Positions 17,979 to 26,188 of a stretch of 33,255 nucleotides of DNA are shown here, piece by piece. The stretch's first letter is position 1. The number at the start of each line of letters is the position of its first letter. Made by a program: the position numbers and the translations under genes. Origin of the DNA: Chthonomonas calidirosea (GTDB taxonomy: Bacteria; Armatimonadota; Fimbriimonadia; Fimbriimonadales; Fimbriimonadaceae); NCBI GenBank assembly GCA_945859975.1, contig CAMAPH010000032.1:1-33255 (forward strand). Reading direction: 5' to 3'. Below the pieces are notes generated by a model. That model searched no databases. It was not told the DNA's origin and saw only the letters and a list, made by a program, of their open reading frames with translations.

Positions 17979-20486
17979 TCACTTCACGCTCTCGGCTAAT
18001 CGCTTTGCGGCCAAAAACTTCCCTGACTTGAACATTTCCATCCCTTGCTGAAAGTTCATAACCAACGGTCTGGCGTCGTCAACGGACATTGCGTGCAACT
18101 TCGCGTACGCCGCAGAAAGAGACTTTCGCGCCGCTAACTGCAGCGCAATCTCTCTCGCCAAAAGAGGGTCGGTATTGCGCACCCGAACCTCCATGCTCGA
18201 CTTTCGCGGAACCGAAATCGTGGTGCCTCGCTCCAGCCCATCCGCGTCCGCCCGCCGAACACTTCGCCAGCCGCCGCGAGTTTTGACCTCAAAATCGTAC
18301 GTTCCCTTCGCAAGCTGCCGCATTTTCACCACCGGCGCCTTCTCCGAGGTCGAAGAATTGAAGAGCAGAAACCGGCGTTCGGCCCCAGCCAGGGCAGATT
18401 CATACCCATCCAGCGGATTCAAGTTCAAAACCATCACGTCCGGAATGCTGGAGTATCCGAGGGCCTCATAAAGCCAGTAATTCCAAAGCGAGGTTGACGA
18501 ATACAAAATCGGCGCCCCGGTATGCCCGCCCGGTGCCTCAAACGTATAGAACGGCTCGATCGGCAAATAGGGGGAGCGCAGCGCGTCCTTGCCCGCATGT
18601 TCCAGAACCACCGGCGGCCAACTCGCGGAGTAGAACCCAGCGCTGTTTAATCGATTCAAGTTCGAAAGCCGAACAAGCAGGTCACGGTAGGGCGCGTCCG
18701 GCACATTCGCAAGCACCCACGCGATGCAAAGATTCGCCTCCGTCGTCTCCCATGGGGTCGGGTTATAGGCGCCGCCATGCGGGAAGAAAAGTCCCAAGCT
18801 GGAGAGTTGCGAAGCCACCGGGCCAATCTCGTCCTCAAACCACGGCGTCAACCGAAGAAGCGTGGCTAAGAAGTGTCGCCCGAAAGTCTTATATCGAGGA
18901 TCCTTCGTTGCTTCGTAGAGCTTGTAAGACGCCACCGCACCGTACGAATTCCCGAACAACTCCGTAATCGGAAAGTCTGCCGGGTCGGAATAAGAGCGCT
19001 GATACTTCTTGTTCTCTACCGAGAATTGCACTCGATTAAACAGCGCCTCTAGCGAACGCTTCGCCTCCGCGAGTTTAAGTTTGTCGCCATCAATTTCGTG
19101 GGCCCGCAAAAGGATGTAGGCGTACTGACCCGCTTGCCACGGTTCATAGACCACCCCTAGCTCTGGAACATCGTTTTGAATCGCCGGCAGCTTGGTCTCG
19201 GTGTTCCACCATTGCGGAAAGCTGTACGAGTTCTTGCTGGCGAGCTCTTCCAGCCCGCGCGTTCCCATAAGAAAGCGCCCCGCAACGCTCGGATTGAATT
19301 CACTGGCACCCGCCGCGTCCGATGCGCGCAAAGATTCAATGGAAAACCACAACGTCTGCCAAGACATCGCGAGCGATCCCGTCCCGTATGGATTCCAGCC
19401 GATGAATCGATCGCGCTCGTTAAAGTAAACCGGCAGTTGGTCCAGTTTCCGTCGCGCCGCAATCCCGTCCGCCTTGTTCGGGTTCACCCGAAGGTACAGC
19501 ATGGAAGGCGAGAGGTGATTATTCGTGGTCGAAAAGTCCGAACCAGTCTGGCCAACGTGCGATGGATGGGTCAAGACGCGCTGGATCGGCGGCACCAAAT
19601 TCAGCGGTCCATCGTTCCAAGGACGGTCGATTTCGGCGGAAGCATCGACCCTTCGGAGCGTTGCCATGAGGCTGCGCGCATGCTCTTCCCAACTCGGCGC
19701 ACGCTGCGGGGCACCTTGCTCCGGATGAAGCGGTGCGGCAAGCTCGATCGACCGTGCGAGCGCCTCCATTCGCGTCGGTTTTGCTGGGTTCTGGCGGGCA
19801 ACCACGTGCCAAACCAGTTGCACTCGGCCCGGACCGACCTGAGTCTGATGCGTTGCAAAAGACCGGAGGCCGAGCATCGTCTGCCCGTTTGCCGTGTGCG
19901 CAACCACGCGCGCATCCAAAAACCGCCTCGGCGTCGCGATACCAAACCAAGTGGCCGGCGTCATGTCGAAAAACGCGACGGCCTCGGCATTCTGCCGCCA
20001 AGCATAAGCCGCCGGTAGCCCCGCGCCATACACGTTGTCGCCATAAATGCTCATCGGCCCCTGTTCGCTCGTGACCGTCGACGTCGGCGCTAGCATCCCC
20101 AAAAGGTTAGTTTCCCCCGTAATGGCAATGGGCTGGTCCAGCTGACTTGTGAGTTCGAACCGGATAGACGGGCGGTTGGGCGCGGAATCGACCCGGAGCG
20201 ACCAAGTTGCGCCTTTAAGTTGAACCGTCTTTTGCCCAGCTCCGGTCTCTATGAAGCTAAGCGTTCCATCGCCGCTTGCCAAGGGGCTCTCGATTCCGCT
20301 CAGAACGCTCTGCCAAATCTGGCCGACCTTGGCATCAACTCCGATTTCCTTCAGCGACCGCCCAACGGTCGCCCGAGTTTCGCCAGCGTGCAACACGTAG
20401 CTCGTGGCAACCTTGTCCGGCCGAGCTTGGTGTGCCTCCGCCGGAACAGACGGGGGCACGGCGAGCCACATGAGTTGCAATATCAC
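17979..20486 (-). CDS. Large, probably exported hypothetical protein with a possible (alpha/alpha)-toroid carbohydrate-enzyme-like core
   Basis: 835-aa ORF; hydrophobic/Pro-rich N-terminus, beta-rich N-domain, aromatic/acidic helical repeats (YEPWQAGQYAY, ELFGNSYG, PWETTE); TATACT 8 nt before GTG. Confidence 0.65.
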   Translation of the reverse strand: MILQLMWLAVPPSVPAEAHQARPDKVATSYVLHAGETRATVGRSLKEIGVDAKVGQIWQSVLSGIESPLASGDGTLSFIETGAGQKTVQLKGATWSLRVDSAPNRPSIRFELTSQLDQPIAITGETNLLGMLAPTSTVTSEQGPMSIYGDNVYGAGLPAAYAWRQNAEAVAFFDMTPATWFGIATPRRFLDARVVAHTANGQTMLGLRSFATHQTQVGPGRVQLVWHVVARQNPAKPTRMEALARSIELAAPLHPEQGAPQRAPSWEEHARSLMATLRRVDASAEIDRPWNDGPLNLVPPIQRVLTHPSHVGQTGSDFSTTNNHLSPSMLYLRVNPNKADGIAARRKLDQLPVYFNERDRFIGWNPYGTGSLAMSWQTLWFSIESLRASDAAGASEFNPSVAGRFLMGTRGLEELASKNSYSFPQWWNTETKLPAIQNDVPELGVVYEPWQAGQYAYILLRAHEIDGDKLKLAEAKRSLEALFNRVQFSVENKKYQRSYSDPADFPITELFGNSYGAVASYKLYEATKDPRYKTFGRHFLATLLRLTPWFEDEIGPVASQLSSLGLFFPHGGAYNPTPWETTEANLCIAWVLANVPDAPYRDLLVRLSNLNRLNSAGFYSASWPPVVLEHAGKDALRSPYLPIEPFYTFEAPGGHTGAPILYSSTSLWNYWLYEALGYSSIPDVMVLNLNPLDGYESALAGAERRFLLFNSSTSEKAPVVKMRQLAKGTYDFEVKTRGGWRSVRRADADGLERGTTISVPRKSSMEVRVRNTDPLLAREIALQLAARKSLSAAYAKLHAMSVDDARPLVMNFQQGMEMFKSGKFLAAKRLAESVK

Positions 20487-20595
20487 GATGACTAAGTATA
20501 GGGGAGCCTAGGGCAATCCGCAACCGAGTGCGAAAGCCACTCCGGTTCTTTCGACTACAAGCTTGTTCTGGACCGTAGCAAATTGCCAAACCCTG

Positions 20596-20629
20596 TGGCT
20601 ATACTGAGCTATATGGTTCAGTATAGCCA
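20596..20629. promoter_or_regulatory. Palindromic operator overlapping the -10 box and start codon of the ArsR gene
   Basis: TGGCTATACTGA-GCTATATGGT-TCAGTATAGCCA: perfect 12-bp arms, containing TATACT (20600-20605) and ATG 20613. Confidence 0.8.
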
Positions 20630-20969
20630 GTCCCAGTTCGATGCCTCGTTCGGCGCGCTATCCGACGCCACCCGGCGAGGAATCCTGCAACAACTCGGGC
20701 GAGAGGACGCCTCCATCACCGCCCTCGCCGAACAGTTCCAAATGACCCTGACCGGTATGAAGAAGCACGTCGGCGTGCTGGAACAAGCGGGACTGGTTAC
20801 CACCGAAAAGGTCGGCCGCGTGCGCACCTGCAAACTTGGTCTGCGGGGACTGGAAGATGAAGCCGCCTGGATCGAGGGCTACCGCCAACTCTGGGCGGCG
20901 CGCTTCGACGAGTTGGATCGGGTCGTAGCGGAGATGCAGAGAAGGGAGGAAACCAATGGACGAAAGTAA
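20613..20969 (+). CDS. ArsR/SmtB-family regulator of the SRPBCC-associated type
   Basis: F.ALSDATRRGIL, LAE.F.MTLTGMKKHVGVLEQAGLVTTEKVGRVRTC, W..RFDELD. Confidence 0.93.
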   Translation: MVQYSQSQFDASFGALSDATRRGILQQLGREDASITALAEQFQMTLTGMKKHVGVLEQAGLVTTEKVGRVRTCKLGLRGLEDEAAWIEGYRQLWAARFDELDRVVAEMQRREETNGRK

Positions 20970-21549
20970 ACAATCTGACGCGACGGAATGGCGGCACAAT
21001 TCGCCATTCGAGGGCTACACCGAGCGGGAAATTGCGTTTCTCACCGAACAACTCCAGCCGATCTGCGGTGAGCCGCTGACCTGCATCCGAAAAGCCGTGG
21101 GGGATGTATTTGAGTTCGGTGTTCAACGCCCTGCCAAGACTCATAAGGGCGAGGACATCACTCAAGCCGATTTCTTCCTCAAGTTTATCTACGCCGACTG
21201 GCGCGTGATTCACCGGGGCCGAATCATCCTCGCATCGGTCGAACACAGCAACGATGAGCACTTGATCGCATCCGGGGCCGTAATGAACCCAGCGCACGTT
21301 GCCGTGTCGCTGGTGTTTGCGCGCGAGTTCTTTGACGCGGTGACGGAAGGGAAATTTATCGTCGAATCCGTTGTCGTCCGCGAACACGCGGATGTTACGA
21401 TCCTGCTGTCTGACGATCTGAAAATAGAGTGCTTTACCAGTTCTTGCCAAAACAAAGACGTCTGGTTCTTCTGCAATCATAACGCCAGAGTAAGCGGGAT
21501 CGTCGGTGCCGTAACGTACAACATTGGGACAATTGATGAAAGATTCTAA
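20956..21549 (+). CDS. Hypothetical protein inserted between ArsR and SRPBCC
   Basis: 197-aa ORF overlapping both neighbours by 14 nt; FEFG ... ADWRV ... D..I.LSDD..IE.F pattern. Confidence 0.7.
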   Translation: MDESKQSDATEWRHNSPFEGYTEREIAFLTEQLQPICGEPLTCIRKAVGDVFEFGVQRPAKTHKGEDITQADFFLKFIYADWRVIHRGRIILASVEHSNDEHLIASGAVMNPAHVAVSLVFAREFFDAVTEGKFIVESVVVREHADVTILLSDDLKIECFTSSCQNKDVWFFCNHNARVSGIVGAVTYNIGTIDERF

Positions 21550-22003
21550 CGAAAACCGCACCGAAGTGCAACGCAAATCCGAGCGCGAGCTCGTCGTCAC
21601 CCGCACCGTCAACGCCCCCGCGCACCTCGTGTTCGAGGCATGGACCAAAGCCGACCTCTTCCGCCAATGGTGGGTGCCAAAGTCGTACGGCCTGAACCTG
21701 GTCTCCTGCCAGCTAGACGTGCGCCCAGGCGGGCAATACCGCCTCGCCTTCCTCCACGAAGGTTCCACCATGGAGTTCTTCGGCACCTACCTAGAAGTCA
21801 CCCCAAACACCCGCCTCGTCTGGACCAACGAAGAAGCCGAAGGCGAAACCATCACCACCGTAACCTTCGAAGAAACCGCCGGCCAGACCCTCATCAGCGT
21901 GCACGACCTGTATCCATCGGCAGAAGCCGTCGACACCGGATCGACCGGGGCAATGCCAGAAGTACTGAACCAACTCGATGAGCTTCTCGCCGGATTGGGA
22001 TAG
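21536..22003 (+). CDS. SRPBCC/AHSA1-family protein
   Basis: ERELVVTR.VNAP..LVFEAWT, WWVP, DVRPGG.YR, FFG.YLEV.P..RLVWT. Confidence 0.93.
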   Translation: MKDSNENRTEVQRKSERELVVTRTVNAPAHLVFEAWTKADLFRQWWVPKSYGLNLVSCQLDVRPGGQYRLAFLHEGSTMEFFGTYLEVTPNTRLVWTNEEAEGETITTVTFEETAGQTLISVHDLYPSAEAVDTGSTGAMPEVLNQLDELLAGLG

Positions 22004-22026
22004 CCCCAGGTCCCAGATGTCTCAAT

Positions 22027-22049
22027 CCCTGCGACGCCGAGCCGCAGGG
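22027..22049. terminator. Hairpin between convergent genes
   Basis: CCCTGCG-N9-CGCAGGG; no clear U-tract. Confidence 0.35.
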
Positions 22050-22058
22050 GCGGGGCCC

Positions 22059-22595
22059 TCAAACCAGAGGTAGGGCGGAGATCACCGAAATATCGGCGGC
22101 AATCCGTTCGGCATCCGTCTTACTGCTGAACTTGAGGAGCGGCAAGGGGATCGGCCGTTTTGTCCTGACAAACGCTACCGAAAAGACCAAACCATCGATA
22201 TCCTCGGTCAAGACGGAAACCCCGGTCGCGCCCTGAAAATCAACGGCTTCCTTCCCGTGCCGAAGAACCATCGAACCTCGCTCAAGGGTGTACGGCGTCC
22301 TGGCGCCACGGAGATAAAAGGGAACCGCCAAAAGCAGCAGCCCGGCAAACCCGAACAAAAACCCGGCCCCCGCCGAATCCCACGCGCTACCTCCCTCAAT
22401 CAAATTGCTGAAAGGATGGTTCTTCCAGATGTAGAAACCGATGCCGAGCGACACCACCCCAAGCACCCCCGCTCCGACGCATTGAGAGACCCTCGCACCT
22501 TTCGCCGGCCAGTACTGTAGCGACGAGGGTTGCTCGGCAAACTCCACGCCTCCCACCCAATACCGCCGCAATCCGCCAGAGCCTGGTATCCCCAT
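22059..22595 (-). CDS. Hypothetical membrane protein (2 TM + soluble beta-rich C-terminus)
   Basis: Two hydrophobic segments; TAGCGT 6 nt before ATG. Confidence 0.65.
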   Translation of the reverse strand: MGIPGSGGLRRYWVGGVEFAEQPSSLQYWPAKGARVSQCVGAGVLGVVSLGIGFYIWKNHPFSNLIEGGSAWDSAGAGFLFGFAGLLLLAVPFYLRGARTPYTLERGSMVLRHGKEAVDFQGATGVSVLTEDIDGLVFSVAFVRTKRPIPLPLLKFSSKTDAERIAADISVISALPLV

Positions 22596-22757
22596 GACTC
22601 TACGCTACCGGATGACGCCAGCTCGCTTGGTACTTCTTCCTAGCGAATCGCGACCGCCTCTGCACATCCTGCTCACTGTCTAAATGATCAACGACTAGCT
22701 AGATTAAGCGTGGAAGCATAACGGCAGCCAATCAGTATCGAGGACGCAGAAACGGTC

Positions 22758-23087
22758 TTATCTCTTTAGCTGAGCGGCGATCTCCGTCAGGATCGCCGTT
22801 TGCTCGTCCAGAATCGCGATGAGCCGTTCACGGTACGCCATCTCTTCTTGATGTCGTTCATCGGCTTTTTCCCTTATCTCTTGCATTCGCGCTTCCAATT
22901 TCGGATCGCTGACTCCAGCTTTGATCTCGCCGCTAATCAGTCCCTCCAGCTTTGGTACTTCCAGATTCGCTGCCTCACGCACTTGCTGCATTCGCTCATT
23001 CTGCGCTGCGGTTTTCTGCCGTTCTTGCTCCAGAAGTTGCTCTAGAAGCTCGTTAGTTCGGTTAAGGCTCTCGTTTGATTCGCTCAT
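22758..23087 (-). CDS. Small coiled-coil protein
   Basis: 109 aa, E/Q/R-rich heptads; ATGA overlap with the upstream gene. Confidence 0.75.
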   Translation of the reverse strand: MSESNESLNRTNELLEQLLEQERQKTAAQNERMQQVREAANLEVPKLEGLISGEIKAGVSDPKLEARMQEIREKADERHQEEMAYRERLIAILDEQTAILTEIAAQLKR

Positions 23088-23404
23088 TTTTCTTGTTCCT
23101 CCAGAATTGTTTTGAGATCGTGCAGCGCCTTTCCGCGGCGTGTCAGGGCTTCTTGTAAGCGGCGCATCGCTTCCAACTCTGCTTGCTGTTGGGCATCGTA
23201 ATAGGCGAGGCGCCCTTGAACAACATTGTTGGAACTGTCCTTGGTTTGTTGCGTGATTCTGGCGACGATCGCTTGGGTCTGCTCAAGCCGCCGCCGAACC
23301 AAAGCAAAGCCCTCGTCGCGAAACGACGCGCGAGCGCGTTCTCGGGCCGAAACCATCCGCGCGTATTCCTCAAGCTTGGCGACCACGGTATCAACATCCT
23401 CCAT
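23084..23404 (-). CDS. Small coiled-coil protein
   Basis: 106 aa, helical; TAATAT 6 nt before ATG; translationally coupled to the next gene. Confidence 0.7.
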   Translation of the reverse strand: MEDVDTVVAKLEEYARMVSARERARASFRDEGFALVRRRLEQTQAIVARITQQTKDSSNNVVQGRLAYYDAQQQAELEAMRRLQEALTRRGKALHDLKTILEEQEK

Positions 23405-23480
23405 ATCCCAATATTAGCCGTAGCTCCGAGCCATTTTGGTTCTCGAAAATGGGGAATAGAAGGAAGTCGAGAACGAGAGG

Positions 23481-24416
23481 TTAAAAGCCGTCCGGGTTTG
23501 GCCGAATGGATCGCACAACCCACCGCTGTCCCGACTTCCGGAAGGCAATCTCCCAACCGGGGACAAGAAAATCCCTTTCGCTATCCTCCGAGAGATTGCT
23601 GTTCGAGGAAACAGTCAGATAGTCGGAAGGCGCTAGGGCTTTCCAAAGTCGATCGCGAACCGACCGAGGCACGCGCTTGTTAAATTCCGCCCGATTCCCC
23701 TTTGCCCGGAAACCCGCAAGGTCCTCAAGCCTGGCCAAGGGCGTTTCGATCCTTTCGTTTTGCGTCTGCTTGTAAACCCCGCGAATTCGTTCGAAACGGA
23801 CGGCATAAGTCAGCATCGGCCCTACGTGCGCCTGCGAAAGGTACTTTGGATCGACACGGACGAAGCCGTTTACGCGGCTGACGTTAATCTTTCCGTTGTG
23901 TCTCTCGAAATCCAACACGGTCTGAGCTTCTCTGGCACCCGCAGATAGATTCTGCGTTAACTTCCAGGTGCTGCCGCGCCTTTTGTAAACCCGGAGACGG
24001 GGCTGCAGAACGTTGCTCCCATCGTGCGCTGCGTCGGCAAAGATCAGTTCGTCGCCGGTCAAGTAACCGGGCCGATACATCTGATAGACATCGTCTGTCG
24101 GTTTTGCGAGTTCTTGGACCCGAGCCATTTCCCCTTCTTTCCAGATAAGAATAAGGTCCCCTCTTAAGGCACCATCTTGCACCCATAGCAGCCTCGCTCG
24201 CCCGTCACCGATGGTGTGCTGCAAGTACTTTGGTCCGGTGTTCTGGTAGCCGACGACCCTCCCGTGCCGCTTCATGACGGTTAGCACGGTGCGATGAAAC
24301 GCCGTTCCCGAAAGCACTTTGCCCTGCAACGATCGCTCCAGATCAGACTCGAACGTTGGCCCAAAGCCAAACAGTAGCGGACTCGCCGCAACCAGCCACC
24401 ACTTCTGCCACTTCAT
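23481..24416 (-). CDS. Hypothetical exported basic protein
   Basis: 311 aa, signal-like N-terminus (MKWQKWWLVAASPLLFG), beta-rich; TAACAT 6 nt before ATG. Confidence 0.7.
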   Translation of the reverse strand: MKWQKWWLVAASPLLFGFGPTFESDLERSLQGKVLSGTAFHRTVLTVMKRHGRVVGYQNTGPKYLQHTIGDGRARLLWVQDGALRGDLILIWKEGEMARVQELAKPTDDVYQMYRPGYLTGDELIFADAAHDGSNVLQPRLRVYKRRGSTWKLTQNLSAGAREAQTVLDFERHNGKINVSRVNGFVRVDPKYLSQAHVGPMLTYAVRFERIRGVYKQTQNERIETPLARLEDLAGFRAKGNRAEFNKRVPRSVRDRLWKALAPSDYLTVSSNSNLSEDSERDFLVPGWEIAFRKSGQRWVVRSIRPNPDGF

Positions 24417-24422
24417 TTCCTG

Positions 24423-24595
24423 ATGTTAGCGTGAAAGACGCCGATTGGTTGAAGATATCCGCCGACGGCAAGACTCCTCATACAATGATCAGCCGCTACT
24501 CCGGTGGCCTTAACGGCGAGGGCGTCGAGGTTGTCCTTCGAAGGGTCGGAGACGAGTGGTTCGTAACCGACTTGATCACACGCTACGTTTCGTAG
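24423..24595 (+). pseudogene. Probable 3' remnant of a gene
   Basis: Protein-like tail ...KISADGKTPHTMISRYSGGLNGEGVEVVLRRVGDEWFVTDLITRYVS* with no plausible 5' part; abuts the divergent gene start. Confidence 0.45.
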
Positions 24596-24683
24596 TGGTC
24601 GCTGCGAGGTTCATTCAGCACGCATAGAAATAGCAACGAGAAGTAGAAGCTGTTTTGTAGACACAATGCAATGAGACTGAGTT

Positions 24684-25046
24684 TCAGCGATCACCATTGC
24701 TTGCCTGCGCCAACATCTTTTTAAGGTGTCGCATTTGTTTGGTATTCGAAACATCGTCAATTCGTGGCATTGTAAGAATCCTTTTCTTGGGGATGAATTT
24801 ATAGTCATAGTCGGGATGTAGAACAATCACCCACGGGGTGTCACTGCTGCCAAAGAACAAGAATTCGGACTCGGGATCAGTTAAGACGATGTAATCGTAA
24901 TCTTCGAGTGAGCACTTACCTTGTGATGCGTCTTCAGTAATCGAGATTCCTCCGAAAAACTCTAAGCGTTCAAAAATGCGAAGAATCAAATCAACGCTAT
25001 CTGCCTCACCTATGATTAAGCAGCGAGGACCTTCGGTTTTTAGCAT
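24684..25046 (-). CDS. Hypothetical protein, AT-rich, possible pseudo-receiver/alpha-beta fold
   Basis: 120 aa; GGAG upstream of ATG; strands CLII, YDYIVLTD, WVIVL alternate with helices. Confidence 0.55.
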   Translation of the reverse strand: MLKTEGPRCLIIGEADSVDLILRIFERLEFFGGISITEDASQGKCSLEDYDYIVLTDPESEFLFFGSSDTPWVIVLHPDYDYKFIPKKRILTMPRIDDVSNTKQMRHLKKMLAQASNGDR

Positions 25047-25150
25047 TTTTCAAATCTCCATGTCTTCGAGAGGCCGTACTCAGCATGAGGTGAGCCCAAA
25101 ATCCTTCCCGGAAACTATCTCGACCACGGTTCGAGTGTGCCACTGAGTTG

Positions 25151-25870
25151 CTACGACAAGACTTCCTTGTCGTCTTCGGGCTCGTTCCATACCGGGTCTT
25201 TGTCCGCTAACCACTTGCTACTGAAGTTAGGCATGAAGCAAATCACAAGGCACCAAATGCAACCGCATACGCCTGCAATACTTACTACCAGTTGAACCGG
25301 CTTTACTTCCGGCTTCAGCGCCTGAGGAATCGTCCAAAGGGTCAGGGCCATCCCGAGGATGATAAGCGGCGCAAGACGCCTTTGCATTCGCTTAACCTCA
25401 TCAATACCTTTCGAGATTTCTTCGAGCTTCTTGCTGAGTGCCTCGACCAACTGCTCGGGCGGCAGCTGACTCATAGCCTCGTACTCGCGATTGATTGCTT
25501 CCCGCTCCGCAGCATTCTTGCGCTCTTGTGCCTGAATTCGGAAGAACGCTACGAACGGGAGAATTACCATAAAAATGGCCGTGCCCATGGAGATTGGCGT
25601 CATCGGTTTCTGCAGTTCGATCGCTCGATCGACTTTCGCAAACATCAGCCCTGTGGTTATCCCGCAAACATTCGCTAGCACCGTGACGCCTAATGGCGAC
25701 TTGCCGCGATGAGCCGCCAACCAGATGATCAACAACAATATGGCGCAATCAATCGGCCACTGCACGCTCCCCGCAATGCCCGTCCACTTCGGCATCTTGA
25801 AGGTCACTGCCGTAAGCAGGGCCGAGCCGAGCATCAGCCAATAAATGCGCCGTTGAGGGAACTGCTCCAC
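25151..25870 (-). CDS. Hypothetical membrane protein (4 TM + coiled coil + 2 TM)
   Basis: Six hydrophobic segments with a central heptad region; TATAAT 6 nt before GTG. Confidence 0.75.
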   Translation of the reverse strand: MEQFPQRRIYWLMLGSALLTAVTFKMPKWTGIAGSVQWPIDCAILLLIIWLAAHRGKSPLGVTVLANVCGITTGLMFAKVDRAIELQKPMTPISMGTAIFMVILPFVAFFRIQAQERKNAAEREAINREYEAMSQLPPEQLVEALSKKLEEISKGIDEVKRMQRRLAPLIILGMALTLWTIPQALKPEVKPVQLVVSIAGVCGCIWCLVICFMPNFSSKWLADKDPVWNEPEDDKEVLS

Positions 25871-25951
25871 TATTGAATTATATGCAAGAACGACCCTATC
25901 CAGAACGTCTGCGCAATAAAATTGATGGGTCGTCGATCAAACTCAAAATGA

Positions 25952-26188
25952 CGCAACCGAAATTGACCAAATTCCCAAAATCCCAGGTTGACATTTCCCC
26001 CTCGCCGCCCCTATAAGTCGGAGAGGCGAAGGCGTGTGAGCAGAAAATTTACACTCCTCGCGTAAGGCGGGAGTTGTAAATAATAAAAACGGCGCGCACC
26101 CAGTTGAACCTACAATGCCGCGTAATTAATTAATCTGGCTGGGGGGGAGCGTTAATTAATTCCGCCCAAATGTCCGGTTGCGACACAC
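25952..26188. other. Non-coding block with nested inverted repeats (candidate structured RNA or protein-binding array)
   Basis: ATTTACACTCC...GGAGTTGTAAAT (26047-26081); AATTAATTAA/TTAATTAATT (26124-26161); CGCAACCG/CGGTTGCG (25952/26182); TTGACA at 25988. Confidence 0.4.

Noticed and set aside
19176..20018. 280-aa plus-strand ORF
   Set aside because: Arg-rich shadow of the 835-aa minus-strand gene.
20797..21786. 329-aa minus-strand ORF
   Set aside because: Spans three plus-strand genes in antisense, two of which have clear family motifs.
22004..25870. Integron cassette array or prophage explanation for the orphan genes
   Set aside because: No integrase, no repeated attC-like RYYYAAC/GTTRRRY palindromes and no phage structural genes seen.
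26036..26065. Micro-ORF GTG-SRKFTLLA-stop after GGAGAGG, faintly like a prepilin FTL motif
   Set aside because: Only 9 codons, lacks the Glu5 and hydrophobic helix; indistinguishable from chance.
26090..26167. Possible third tRNA relic (GGGCGG ... GGTTCAACT on the minus strand)
   Set aside because: Spacing is wrong and no D- or T-stem pairing is present.
25952..26182. Retron msr-msd (terminal inverted repeats enclosing hairpins)
   Set aside because: No reverse transcriptase gene in the window.
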